Virus record (IMG/VR): IMGVR_UViG_3300028025_000092
Length of the DNA stretch: 64,000 bases
Source: a virus
Direction: 5' to 3' (one strand)
Shown: positions 49,335 through 58,999 of the stretch, in pieces
How positions within the stretch are numbered: position 1 is the stretch's first letter
Layout of the letters: each line of letters begins with the position of its first letter
Program-made: the position numbers and the translations under genes
The notes under the pieces: generated by a model
Database searches by the model: none
The model's input: the letters and a program-made list of their open reading frames with translations, nothing else
Told to the model about the DNA's origin: nothing

Positions 49335-49773
49335 TGAAGCCCAATCTGAATTTGAGTCAAGGTTTGCACCGGAGAGAACTGAATGGACAGAGAGAGTAAG
49401 AGAACTTTCTATCAGAATGAAAAATATCAGGGAGATAGGTGAGGTTCAAGTAGAGCTTTATTCGGATCGCCAAAAGATCCTTGAATATTCATACAAGCTC
49501 GGACAAATTCTTACAAAACTAAATAGTAACTATAGAACGGAAAAACGGGCTAAGATGGTTTATTATTCAGAGGAGCATAATACGAGATATGGTGCTAATG
49601 AAAAAACATCGCTTATCGATGGTGATTTGGCAGAGATAAAAAGAAAAATAGATCTGGTTGATAATCATATGAGTTTTATGAATGAAACAACAAAAACTAT
49701 TGACCATATGCTATATGGTATAAAATCCAGAATTTCCCTTGAAGAATTCATGCGCGGAGGAGGATTAAAATAA
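49327..49773 (+). CDS. UvsY-like recombination mediator
   Basis: All-helical 148 aa with the C-terminal IDHMLYGIKSRISLEEF pattern; adjacent to UvsW. Confidence 0.6.
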   Translation: MSSEAQSEFESRFAPERTEWTERVRELSIRMKNIREIGEVQVELYSDRQKILEYSYKLGQILTKLNSNYRTEKRAKMVYYSEEHNTRYGANEKTSLIDGDLAEIKRKIDLVDNHMSFMNETTKTIDHMLYGIKSRISLEEFMRGGGLK

Positions 49774-49782
49774 AAACATTAG

Positions 49783-51324
49783 ATGTTAAAATTTATAGTA
49801 TCTGAAGACCTTCAATGGTTACTTTTACAAGACTATGATGAAGAGGTTGACAGAAAACAACTTGAATTATCGTTAACCAGAAAAATACATAATTATTTTT
49901 TCCATCCATTAGTAAAGAAAAAACACTGGGATGGAGCAATATGCTTCGTAGACAAAAGAGGTCCAGTATGGAAGGTTCCTTCCGGATTATGGAGCGAGGT
50001 ATTTGATATATGTGAAAAATATAAGATCGAATGTGAAATACTAGGTCTTGATAAAATTGTGGATGGCAATTTATCACTTGAAGAATTTACTAAATGGTCT
50101 ACTGAATTTTTTGCTGACAAAGAATTAAAGCCAAGAGACTATCAGATAGAAGCTGCATGGAAAATTGTTAAATTTAGATTTTCATGTTTAGAAATTGCAA
50201 CATCATCAGGAAAGACCCTTATTGCATTTATTGTTCTTGCATATCTAAAGAATGTAAGAGGTATAAATAAATTCCTAATGATTGTTCCTAATACAACATT
50301 AATCATACAGGGATCGGAAGACTTCGAGGGATATGGATTAAAAGAATTGGATAATTGTGATATTCAATTAATACACGGAGGAAATAAAAACAAAATCTCT
50401 GGTGGTTTAATGATTGGCACATATCAGTCACTCGTTAAACAGGATGATGAATTTTTTGATGATGTTGAAGCCATCTTTGTTGATGAATCCCATCAATCCC
50501 ATTCTAAATCTATTAAAGAGGTTATATCGAAATGTAAAGACTCCAGGTATAGATTCGGACTTTCTGGTACATTAACTAACAGAAATACTGCGGAGCATTT
50601 AACAATCCAGCAGTATCTTGGTCCTTTGACTATGGAGATTAGTCCTAAGTTTTTATTTGATAACAAGTATGCTACACCCGTTGCAATTAAGATTGTAAAG
50701 ATGAATTGGTTAGACGAAAATCTAAAACAAAAACTATACGAGCTAAGAAGTAATAAAAACAGTAAGGACACAGAAAAACTCGAGGGAAATGAAATATTTA
50801 ACGTTGAAAGAAAACTTGTAATATCCTCTGACAAGAGGTTAAAATATATTGTGGATTTTATTGCAAAAACAAGCAAAAATTCACTAGTACTTTTCCAATC
50901 CGTTGGGGAAGGGTACGGGAAAAGAATATATGAGTATTTAAGAGAGGTGCAGGCAGATAAAGAGGTTTTTTATATAGATGGCGACACTGAACCTGAAAGA
51001 AGAGATTATTACAAGACAAAGCTAGAAGAAGGTGCTAATAAAGTGATGGTAGCTAGCTTTGGTACTCTTAGTACAGGTGTCTCTGTTAAGAACATACATA
51101 ATATATTTTTGGTTGAATCTTACAAATCGGAGGTTCTAATTAAACAAAGCTTGGGCAGGGGAATGAGACTATATGAGGGGAAGGAAAGGGTTAATATTAT
51201 TGATTTTGTTGACGATTTCTCTTATAACGGATCAATGAACTATCTAATGAAGCATTCTTTAGAAAGAATTGAGATCTACAAGAGGGAGAAGTTCGAATAC
51301 AAGACATACGATGTTACTCTTTAG
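49783..51324 (+). CDS. uvsW: SF2 DNA helicase UvsW
   Basis: PRDYQ, ATSSGKT, DESH, GLSGT, STGVS, QSLGRGMR motifs. Confidence 0.92.
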   Translation: MLKFIVSEDLQWLLLQDYDEEVDRKQLELSLTRKIHNYFFHPLVKKKHWDGAICFVDKRGPVWKVPSGLWSEVFDICEKYKIECEILGLDKIVDGNLSLEEFTKWSTEFFADKELKPRDYQIEAAWKIVKFRFSCLEIATSSGKTLIAFIVLAYLKNVRGINKFLMIVPNTTLIIQGSEDFEGYGLKELDNCDIQLIHGGNKNKISGGLMIGTYQSLVKQDDEFFDDVEAIFVDESHQSHSKSIKEVISKCKDSRYRFGLSGTLTNRNTAEHLTIQQYLGPLTMEISPKFLFDNKYATPVAIKIVKMNWLDENLKQKLYELRSNKNSKDTEKLEGNEIFNVERKLVISSDKRLKYIVDFIAKTSKNSLVLFQSVGEGYGKRIYEYLREVQADKEVFYIDGDTEPERRDYYKTKLEEGANKVMVASFGTLSTGVSVKNIHNIFLVESYKSEVLIKQSLGRGMRLYEGKERVNIIDFVDDFSYNGSMNYLMKHSLERIEIYKREKFEYKTYDVTL

Positions 51325-51332
51325 AGTATTTG

Positions 51333-51344
51333 GATATATAAAAT
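51333..51344 (+). promoter_or_regulatory. late-type promoter GATATATAAATA
   Basis: Intergenic, after uvsW. Confidence 0.65.
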
Positions 51345-51353
51345 AAAAAAGTG

Positions 51354-52016
51354 ATGAAGCATCTCAAGCCATACGAACTTTTAGAAAGCAGTGGTAGAAA
51401 TATGAGCAATTTCTCCAGCCAAAAATATAAATCTATTACTGGAAATGATTCAGCTCCGGGATTTACTGGTTGGATCTATGGCCTTTTTAAAAACATGCAA
51501 AACCGTTTTGAGGGAATGGATAATTTTTTTAAGAACAGTATTTACATGAAGACCACAGACGGTCAAACAATAGACACTGGTCTAGGATGGCTTTTAGGAA
51601 CAGCCGGATCTTTAGCAACTGGTGTTCTTGCTAAGATATTTGAACCTGGCGATTTTATTACCAAAAACCAAAATTGGGGGGCAGGAAGCGGGAGCGATTC
51701 TGCTTTACCAAAAACAGAAGCTGATGTTAAGCCGGAACACCTTAGGTTAATGAATGACAAGTTTGTTAATAACGATCTACCTAATATTAATAGCGATACC
51801 CAAATGCAGGATTATATAGGTAATTCCTATAAAAAATGGGGGGTTTCCCCTGGTCAAAGTACAGTTGCTGATGATTTGCTTGCAACTAATGCTAATACAT
51901 ACTATAATAAAACTAAAGGATATCCCTTTGTTTCTAAACTGGGTGATGCAGCAAGCATAGCAGCAAATTTCATTCCAGCGGGTAGAGCAGCGAAGGTAAT
52001 AAGTAAAATAACATAA
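51354..52016 (+). CDS. putative head-internal/ejected protein with amphipathic helices
   Basis: Late motif upstream; N-terminus MKHLKPYELLES; GLGWLLGTAGSLATGVLAKIF segment. Confidence 0.55.
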   Translation: MKHLKPYELLESSGRNMSNFSSQKYKSITGNDSAPGFTGWIYGLFKNMQNRFEGMDNFFKNSIYMKTTDGQTIDTGLGWLLGTAGSLATGVLAKIFEPGDFITKNQNWGAGSGSDSALPKTEADVKPEHLRLMNDKFVNNDLPNINSDTQMQDYIGNSYKKWGVSPGQSTVADDLLATNANTYYNKTKGYPFVSKLGDAASIAANFIPAGRAAKVISKIT

Positions 52017-52025
52017 AATAAATAA

Positions 52026-52295
52026 ATGAAAAAAGTATCACAAATCCAAGAGAACCTAAAAGTCCAAAGTGCACATACTATTTCCAAAATGGACGAAGCA
52101 AATAAGTACCTAAACTTTGCTAAGAAGTATTACAAGAAGCATGGCGTTTCTGGACCTTTTGACGAGAAGTTTAAGGGTGATAAAAAGGCTCAAGAAAAAT
52201 TCATGGAAGAATTAGGAAAGGCATGGGCTGATTATAAGAAGGAACATAACATCTCAACAGCTGCTAGTAACAAACCTTGGGGCAAGAAAAAATAG
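52026..52295 (+). CDS. small basic hypothetical protein
   Basis: 89-aa ORF in operon. Confidence 0.6.
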   Translation: MKKVSQIQENLKVQSAHTISKMDEANKYLNFAKKYYKKHGVSGPFDEKFKGDKKAQEKFMEELGKAWADYKKEHNISTAASNKPWGKKK

Positions 52296-52321
52296 TAGGA
52301 ACTAAACCCAAAACTTACTTT

Positions 52322-52750
52322 ATGAATGATATACTTTTCCCCATCATTGAGCATTATATAGGAACTAGCATTTCTGGTATCAGGAGGAATGATGAATTGG
52401 TTCTTTTTAAGACGAGCGCAGGTAAAGGTGGAAGAATTGAAAAAAATTTAGATGGCGACTGGGACTTATTAGTGGGAGACGAAAAAGTGTGTGAGATAGA
52501 AGATGTACTTTTTTCAATCTTCTGCGATTATGACGACCAACCACCTATTGATAAATATTATAAAAAATTACTAAAAATAAAATCGATCGGAGCATTAAAT
52601 CAAAGGTCTAACATACTTGTTGATCAATTAATGTTTTCCATTGAATTTTTAATTATGAATATGGAAGTTAACTTGGAAGAGCCAATTAAAATTGGTCCAT
52701 TCCTGGCTTTCAGTCATAATGGAAATAAACATGTTTTAGGACTAAACTAA
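52322..52750 (+). CDS. hypothetical protein
   Basis: ATG at 52322 preferred over the overlapping TTG at 52277. Confidence 0.55.
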   Translation: MNDILFPIIEHYIGTSISGIRRNDELVLFKTSAGKGGRIEKNLDGDWDLLVGDEKVCEIEDVLFSIFCDYDDQPPIDKYYKKLLKIKSIGALNQRSNILVDQLMFSIEFLIMNMEVNLEEPIKIGPFLAFSHNGNKHVLGLN

Positions 52751-52755
52751 AAAAT

Positions 52756-54750
52756 ATGGCTGGTATTAAACACTTAAGTGAGATTTATAAAAAACAAGGA
52801 ACAGATTTTCTGAATGAATTATTTGGAAGGGATCTTACCGTTTCTGAGAAATTAAACGGAATGAGTTTTTCTTTCGAGAAGAATCTATATGATGGGTCAC
52901 TTTCTTTTTATAAAAGAGACCAAGTAAATCCTATTTCTAAAATTGATAGGGTTTTAATGAAATACTACGAATCCCCAATTTCCCATATACAAAGTCTAGA
53001 TAATCTAGTCTTAAGTGAGATTCCAAACGGGTGGAGATTTGGTATGGAATTTTTTATAAGTCCTAGTCCTGTATTAGTGTCATATCAAAGAATACCTAAA
53101 AATGGATTAGTCTTAACCCATATCATAGTTAAGAACGAATTTGGGGATATTGAAAAAACTATTGTTGAAAAAGAGGAATTGGAATACTGGGCAAATTTAA
53201 TAGGTGTTGAAAATCCGCCCATTATATTTCAGGGAAAATTATCTGATGAACAGAAGGTTGATATTAATGACTTTATAAATTCACCAAACGATAAACTTAA
53301 AGATCAATACGGAACTAAAAGCTTTGCTAAATTCTTAATAGGTCTACTAAATAAGGATATTAATAAGACACATCTTAATAATTCTTTGGAGGAACCTATA
53401 GAGGGTGTAGTTTTTAGATTTGGACCAATAGATGGAACTGGGGATTCTTTTACTGCAAAGATACTTGATCCTATGTTCGAGGACATCACAAAACAAAACA
53501 ACGTTAAGAAAGCAAGTTATTTTCCTAGCGACATATACGGCATTACCATATTAGATGTAATGAATTTCATACTTGATAGAAATGTTGATAGTTTTTCATT
53601 CGAGGGCGATGATCCCCAGGACAAATACATTTCTTATATTTCCTCCGTGTTTAATTCATTCGTGGAAGAAAACGGGGAAAAATACTTGGGATTAGATTTT
53701 CAGGAACCAGAATTCCTTAAGCAAGATGGATTTAACATTAATCTAGAGCTAATCAAAGATGAAAAAACAAAATCCCTGATAGAGGGTGAGGAAAGCTATG
53801 AATCTCTTTTTAAACTTATACTTTCTGCATTTAGAAAAATAAAGAAAAGACCTGGTGGATTTTTTACACAGGGTGCAATCGAGCAGTTTAATATACTGGT
53901 AAGGGAAATATCAAATCATTTGAATAACAGTTTATCCGTTGTTGAATCTATGATCCCAACCTTTGACCAATTCAGAAATGGAAAAAAGACGTTTGTTCCA
54001 CAGGAAGAAACTGAAGATGAGGAAGATACAGAGGATACTGAGGATGAGGTTGAAGAAGCCCCAAGGGCAGAAATAGCAGAAGACCCAGTTGATGATCAAT
54101 CAGATGATCCTGTTGTTATAGAAGCACCCAAAGAGGTAGAGGCTGAAGAAGTCGCTGTTCCGATCGACCTGGATCTAGTAAATCAAATAAAGGACATTCT
54201 GGGTCAGAATGATCCGATATCAGATCAAACACTAATCAATCCCGGAAAGGAAGTAAACATAGTAATTGGAAAATTTCAACCATTCAATAACGGACATTTA
54301 AAGCTTATAAAAAAAGCAAATCAGAGTAATGGATTACCTGTGGTAATAATGGTCGTTAACAGCCCTAAAAACTTCATTAAGGGAGAGATTATGGATAAGA
54401 TGATGTCTATAATTTCTAATGAGCTACCGGATGTCGTTGATTCATATAAATATATTGATAACGATTTACTCTCTAGCGCTCTAGAGGGATTACACGGTAA
54501 ATACAATCCTAAGACATTAACCATCGGTACGAAGAGACTTGATAATTATCTATTACAAGCAAGATCGCTAAAAAAGAGAAAAAAGCTAGATAAGGACTTT
54601 ATTTTACAAACAGCCCCTGAGTGGGTTAGCAGTAGTGAGATATTGAATGATCTAGGTGAGAAAAACTACCTTAATTTTAAAAAGAATGTACCAAAGGGAT
54701 TAGCATCGATATGGGAGGAATTAACCAGATGCTACGAATCATCTAAATAA
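52756..54750 (+). CDS. ATP-dependent (RNA) ligase-like domain fused to HIGH-family nucleotidyltransferase
   Basis: SEKLNG (motif I), EGVVFR (IV), AKI (V); acidic linker; IVIGKFQPFNNGH. Confidence 0.7.
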   Translation: MAGIKHLSEIYKKQGTDFLNELFGRDLTVSEKLNGMSFSFEKNLYDGSLSFYKRDQVNPISKIDRVLMKYYESPISHIQSLDNLVLSEIPNGWRFGMEFFISPSPVLVSYQRIPKNGLVLTHIIVKNEFGDIEKTIVEKEELEYWANLIGVENPPIIFQGKLSDEQKVDINDFINSPNDKLKDQYGTKSFAKFLIGLLNKDINKTHLNNSLEEPIEGVVFRFGPIDGTGDSFTAKILDPMFEDITKQNNVKKASYFPSDIYGITILDVMNFILDRNVDSFSFEGDDPQDKYISYISSVFNSFVEENGEKYLGLDFQEPEFLKQDGFNINLELIKDEKTKSLIEGEESYESLFKLILSAFRKIKKRPGGFFTQGAIEQFNILVREISNHLNNSLSVVESMIPTFDQFRNGKKTFVPQEETEDEEDTEDTEDEVEEAPRAEIAEDPVDDQSDDPVVIEAPKEVEAEEVAVPIDLDLVNQIKDILGQNDPISDQTLINPGKEVNIVIGKFQPFNNGHLKLIKKANQSNGLPVVIMVVNSPKNFIKGEIMDKMMSIISNELPDVVDSYKYIDNDLLSSALEGLHGKYNPKTLTIGTKRLDNYLLQARSLKKRKKLDKDFILQTAPEWVSSSEILNDLGEKNYLNFKKNVPKGLASIWEELTRCYESSK

Positions 54751-54754
54751 TATT

Positions 54755-54780
54755 AAATCCTGCTAAATGCAGGATTTTTT
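54755..54780 (+). terminator. rho-independent terminator
   Basis: AAATCCTGC-TAAAT-GCAGGATTT followed by T-run. Confidence 0.85.
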
Positions 54781-54811
54781 GTTTATACATTATTTTTAAC
54801 CGGGGGTCTAA

Positions 54812-54822
54812 CCTTATATTTA
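54812..54822 (+). promoter_or_regulatory. Bacteroidota sigma70-type -7 element (variant)
   Basis: CCTTATATTTA, one mismatch to TAnnTTTG, 23 nt before ATG. Confidence 0.45.
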
Positions 54823-54845
54823 CAGTGTAAATTAAAACATAGGTA

Positions 54846-55628
54846 ATGGCTCAAACAATAGATTCTCCAGGATATTCCAGAGAAGGTGTCACAGAAACCC
54901 AAGAAAGAACCCCAGGAATAGACCAAAACGCTAGAAAGAAAATTATCAATTGTAAACTGCTTTTGATGACAAAGGCTGCTTTTTTTGGTCAGCTTTCAAT
55001 GAGTTTAGATTTTATAGAGAGAAGAGATCTCACACACCGAACAATGGCAACAGACGGATTTAGAATCTACTACGATCCCGATTTTGTTAACTCTAAACCA
55101 GATTACGAGATCAAATGGGTTATCTGCCATGAGATCATGCACTGCGCATTACATCATTTCTTAAGAAAGCAAGCTAATCCAACAGTTTGGAATGCAGCAG
55201 CAGACTACGCCATAAATCAACTAATAGATGGATCTGGGTATGGTGATCCTACACAATCCCCATTTGGTGTTATGCCCAGAGGTGGACTGCTAGATAAAAA
55301 ATATGAAGGGTGGTCAGCAGAACAGATCTATCATCACCTCATTGAAAATAATGTAGAGCTACCTCCTGAAGAAGGATGGAATTATGGAAACGTTGAACCC
55401 CCAGTTTTTGTTGAGGTTATATCTGGAGATGATTTAGACGAGGATCTAGAGGAATGGGGGGAAAAAGCAAGTGTAGGAGATTATATTACTCTTCCGGACG
55501 GAAAGTTCGGTAGGATCGATTCAATAGATGATGCTAACGGTGATGCAACAATATCTGCATTGACAAAAAAAGAGTTAGTGAAAATTATAGAATCAAAAAC
55601 AGGTAGAAAGATTAAAAAAATAATTTAA
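54846..55628 (+). CDS. HExxH metallopeptidase-like domain (DUF2201 N-terminal type)
   Basis: TMATDG..IYYDPDF, CHEIMHCALHH, WNAAADYAIN, SAEQIY. Confidence 0.85.
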   Translation: MAQTIDSPGYSREGVTETQERTPGIDQNARKKIINCKLLLMTKAAFFGQLSMSLDFIERRDLTHRTMATDGFRIYYDPDFVNSKPDYEIKWVICHEIMHCALHHFLRKQANPTVWNAAADYAINQLIDGSGYGDPTQSPFGVMPRGGLLDKKYEGWSAEQIYHHLIENNVELPPEEGWNYGNVEPPVFVEVISGDDLDEDLEEWGEKASVGDYITLPDGKFGRIDSIDDANGDATISALTKKELVKIIESKTGRKIKKII

Positions 55629-55634
55629 TGTATT

Positions 55635-56564
55635 ATGCTAGTTAACGTCAAAGAATTAAGGAAAGTAGAGGTTGAGTATGAGCCGGTTGATCCCAACGAA
55701 GAAAAAGAGGATGATGAACAATTAGATGGTGATTTTTCATTTCCCCAAGGAAAAAAACCATGGAACGAAAAACAAGATCCCAACGATGAAAATGGATCAG
55801 GAAATAAAGGAAAGGGATCGGTTTCTCTAAAACCAAAGATGGTAACAAAAAAACCAACCGATGAAGAAGGTTTAAAGAAATTCTGGAAACAAAAATTAGA
55901 AGAGGCTAAAGACAGATCCGCAGGATCGGTTCCCGGAAATTTACTTAGAGCTATTGAAAGATTGCTTGGTGTTAAAATTGATTGGAAGGGACAACTCAGA
56001 AAATTTGTAATTAGTATGTCTTCTAAATCCCAATACTTCCTGCCAAATAGAAGATTCCTAGGAGGTGGAAACGTATTATGGGGAGCTAAGAAAAAGAAAG
56101 AAAACTTTGAAACACTAGTAGTTATCAGCGATACCTCCGGATCAGTTTCCGATAAGGAACTCCATCAATTTGTCACGGAAGCTTTGAGTGTAATGGAAAG
56201 CTTCAATCCTAAAGAAACCCATTTAATTTGGTGCGACACTACGGTATATGAACCTATAGATATTATTAAGAAGGGAGAAAAATTTACGGTTAAGCATGCA
56301 CCCGGAAGAGGTGGTACAAGTTTCATCCCTCCTTTTGAGTGGATAGAAAAAAATCTACTGGGTAAAAAGAAACTGGGCCCAGTTTTATTCTTTACTGATG
56401 GATATCCAAATACCGGAGAAAACGGAGGATGGCCAACAGAGGACATGTTTAAAATAAGGAGCTACTCCAATAAAGTGTTTTGGATTATAATCGGAAATGG
56501 ATCTCCTAATAATGACCCAAGTATAAAAATACCATTCGGTAAGAGAATAGACTTGGTTATGTAA
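55635..56564 (+). CDS. vWA domain protein (DUF2201 C-terminal type)
   Basis: IDW..LR, PNRR, MIDAS DTSGS, GRGGTSF, FFTDG. Confidence 0.85.
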   Translation: MLVNVKELRKVEVEYEPVDPNEEKEDDEQLDGDFSFPQGKKPWNEKQDPNDENGSGNKGKGSVSLKPKMVTKKPTDEEGLKKFWKQKLEEAKDRSAGSVPGNLLRAIERLLGVKIDWKGQLRKFVISMSSKSQYFLPNRRFLGGGNVLWGAKKKKENFETLVVISDTSGSVSDKELHQFVTEALSVMESFNPKETHLIWCDTTVYEPIDIIKKGEKFTVKHAPGRGGTSFIPPFEWIEKNLLGKKKLGPVLFFTDGYPNTGENGGWPTEDMFKIRSYSNKVFWIIIGNGSPNNDPSIKIPFGKRIDLVM

Positions 56565-56602
56565 AAAATATGGATACAGAAAAATATCCCGCAATTCGTC
56601 CT

Positions 56603-56610
56603 TACATTTG
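56603..56610 (+). promoter_or_regulatory. Bacteroidota sigma70-type -7 element
   Basis: TACATTTG (TAnnTTTG), 22 nt before the AAA ATPase ATG. Confidence 0.6.
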
Positions 56611-56632
56611 GAACATCAATTAAAATTAAAAA

Positions 56633-57844
56633 ATGGAAATTTTACCTTATCCTTCAACAGACGTCGTAAACATAGACGCTGCAACATTAAAGTACGAAGT
56701 CGCTGCTAGATTTGAAAGTACCATGCAGGGCGGATTTAATAAACCCATTTTCATATTTGGAGCACCAGGAATTGGAAAAACTGAAATCGTATCTCAAGTG
56801 TGTGAAGAACTTAAAATAGAGCTATTGACGGTAGATCTACAATTCATGGATCCTGCAGATTTTTTAGGAGTACCATCAGTTGTTGAGGTATCGTCAGACG
56901 GAAAATACGGAGAGGGTGTAACCCGAACCAATCCCCCTATTTGGCTTCCGAGGGATAAAAACAGCAAAGGAATTATTTTCTTTGATGAACTCAATCGAGC
57001 TGCAGATCCGGTAATTACTGGTATGATGAATCTGGCTCAGAGCAGGAGGGTAAATACGTATAATATGCCAGACGGATGGCTAATCGTTGCAGCGGGTAAT
57101 AGACCTAGCGATGATAAACCAGAAGCAGTTAAGGATCTAGGAACTGCCCTTGCTGATCGTTTTTCAATCTTCAATCTAGTTCCAACAGTCAAAGGATTTA
57201 TTGATTACGTTCTCCGATCCGAATCCCCTTTAAAAGGAGCGATGGGAGCTAAACCAAGTGAAGTTGTTTTGCCTGAACTTCTAAGCTTTTTAGAATTTTC
57301 TGAGGATTACTTCCACACACTAAATCCGAATAAGCCTGATGTTAAATTTGCTACACCAAGAGGTTGGATAGACGGATCTAAATTTCTATATTCTAGATTG
57401 AAAAAATTAAAGGATCAGGGTAAGGAAGATATCAGTCCTGATGAAATTCTAAGAATATTCCAGACAGAGGTTGGCTATACCTCAGCAAATGCCTTTGTTA
57501 AATTTTATAATATAGTACAAAGTATTCCTATCGGAGACGTGGTTAAGGTATTTGACGAACCAAATAAAGCCCCAATTCCTAAGAAAACCGCAGGAAGATA
57601 TGAACCCGATGTTATGTTTGCTACTTTGGCTGCTATTGTTACAAAATCAGAAAAGCTTAAACCTTTAAAGCCTGAACAATTTTCAAATGCAATCGACTAT
57701 TCAATTAGAATAGATTCTGCCGAATATGCTTCTTCTTTTGTTAATATGATGATGTCTAAGCATGGGGAATACGTTAAAACCGACAGAAAATATTCTATGC
57801 ATATTAAGAAGTTCAACGAGTACTATCTCAAACCTTTACAATAG
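56633..57844 (+). CDS. MoxR-like AAA+ ATPase
   Basis: GAPGIGKT, FFDELNRA, AAGN, ALADRF, TPRGW. Confidence 0.9.
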   Translation: MEILPYPSTDVVNIDAATLKYEVAARFESTMQGGFNKPIFIFGAPGIGKTEIVSQVCEELKIELLTVDLQFMDPADFLGVPSVVEVSSDGKYGEGVTRTNPPIWLPRDKNSKGIIFFDELNRAADPVITGMMNLAQSRRVNTYNMPDGWLIVAAGNRPSDDKPEAVKDLGTALADRFSIFNLVPTVKGFIDYVLRSESPLKGAMGAKPSEVVLPELLSFLEFSEDYFHTLNPNKPDVKFATPRGWIDGSKFLYSRLKKLKDQGKEDISPDEILRIFQTEVGYTSANAFVKFYNIVQSIPIGDVVKVFDEPNKAPIPKKTAGRYEPDVMFATLAAIVTKSEKLKPLKPEQFSNAIDYSIRIDSAEYASSFVNMMMSKHGEYVKTDRKYSMHIKKFNEYYLKPLQ

Positions 57845-57850
57845 CATTTT

Positions 57851-57879
57851 AAGACCCCAGATAAATTCTGGGGTTTTTT
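57851..57879 (+). terminator. rho-independent terminator
   Basis: ACCCCAGA-TAAAT-TCTGGGGT followed by T-run. Confidence 0.85.
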
Positions 57880-57901
57880 GTGGGACTAAGATTTTGTTTT
57901 T

Positions 57902-57912
57902 GAATATATAAA
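57902..57912 (+). promoter_or_regulatory. late-type promoter GAATATATAAA
   Basis: Between a terminator and ATG 57926. Confidence 0.65.
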
Positions 57913-57925
57913 GAAAAGGAATTAA

Positions 57926-58465
57926 ATGAAATTCATTAAAGATTTTAAAAGCTACGAATTAAACGAAGAAGCTGGGTATGCTAACGATTATTACGTAGAT
58001 CAAAAGGTTGAGAAATCCCAATACTACTTTTTCAAGGTAGGTGAAGGGAAGGATGAAATAGGGTTAATAGCTAAGATAGGTAAATTTTCTAGGTCTTCCA
58101 TTATATCAGAGACTGAAAGAAGCTATGGGGTAATTCACCTAGAAACAATTACACCAAACGATATGGATGATTATTTAGTAAATGATAGCGAATATAAATC
58201 CAAAGAGGATGAAAAGTTTTCTTTACCCCTGGATCTTTTAAACCAGGCTTACGTTATCATACAAAAATCATTGGACAATTATCTAGAGAAAAATCCTAAG
58301 GTTACTAAATTCTATGATGAAATTCTAGAGAATCTAGATATGAATCCGGATGATTATACCAGTTTTATAACACCTAAAATAGAGGAATGGTCGGAGGGAA
58401 GATGGAGTATACAATCAGGTGCAACTGAAAATGTTTTAATCTATATGAAAACCTCACATGAATAA
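57926..58465 (+). CDS. hypothetical protein, probable head-internal
   Basis: Late motif upstream; N-terminus MKFIKDFKSYELNEE. Confidence 0.6.
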   Translation: MKFIKDFKSYELNEEAGYANDYYVDQKVEKSQYYFFKVGEGKDEIGLIAKIGKFSRSSIISETERSYGVIHLETITPNDMDDYLVNDSEYKSKEDEKFSLPLDLLNQAYVIIQKSLDNYLEKNPKVTKFYDEILENLDMNPDDYTSFITPKIEEWSEGRWSIQSGATENVLIYMKTSHE

Positions 58466-58775
58466 TCTTAAGAAATACGGGGAATTCGTTAACGAGTCTC
58501 TAACCCCTGTAATGTATATGAGTGTCAAAAACCCATTAAAAAATTCGATTGTGAAGTTTTTATATGAGAGGAATAGTGCCACAAGAAAGGAAATATTAGA
58601 ATTTGCTGCAACCTTAGGGGAAAGCGGACAATCTGTAGATAGAAGATGGATCTCCAGAAATAAACAATTAATTAAATGTGTAGTTTCTGAAGAAGGCCCA
58701 AACCATTATACCCTAACAAAATTGGGGAAAAGATTTGCTAAAAGCCTAATAGTTAATGAAACTAAAGGGGCATAG
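58458..58775 (+). CDS. winged-helix-like protein, probable head-internal
   Basis: MNNLKKYGEFVNES; IVKFLYERNSATRKEI...YTLTKLGKRFA wHTH pattern. Confidence 0.55.
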   Translation: MNNLKKYGEFVNESLTPVMYMSVKNPLKNSIVKFLYERNSATRKEILEFAATLGESGQSVDRRWISRNKQLIKCVVSEEGPNHYTLTKLGKRFAKSLIVNETKGA

Positions 58776-58785
58776 TCAATATAAT
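58758..58785 (+). promoter_or_regulatory. bipartite promoter GAAACT-N16-TATAAT
   Basis: Recurring motif; 16 nt before the Hc1-like ATG. Confidence 0.6.
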
Positions 58786-58801
58786 TAATAAATATTTTTT
58801 T

Positions 58802-58984
58802 ATGGAAAGCTACGAAAAACTAGTTGCACTCTTAGAGTCAATGAAAGAAAATGTCGAAAAATTCTTTGTTAAAGGTAATAAATCTGCTGGAACAAGAGTC
58901 AGGACACAAGCTCAAGAGATCAAAAAATTAGCACAAGAACTTCGTTTAGATGTTCAAAATGCTAAGAAGACCACAGAGCAATAA
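58802..58984 (+). CDS. histone H1-like protein, Hc1 family
   Basis: KFFVKGNKSAGTRVR...EIKKLAQELR. Confidence 0.85.
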   Translation: MESYEKLVALLESMKENVEKFFVKGNKSAGTRVRTQAQEIKKLAQELRLDVQNAKKTTEQ

Positions 58985-58999
58985 GATAAAAACTTAGGA

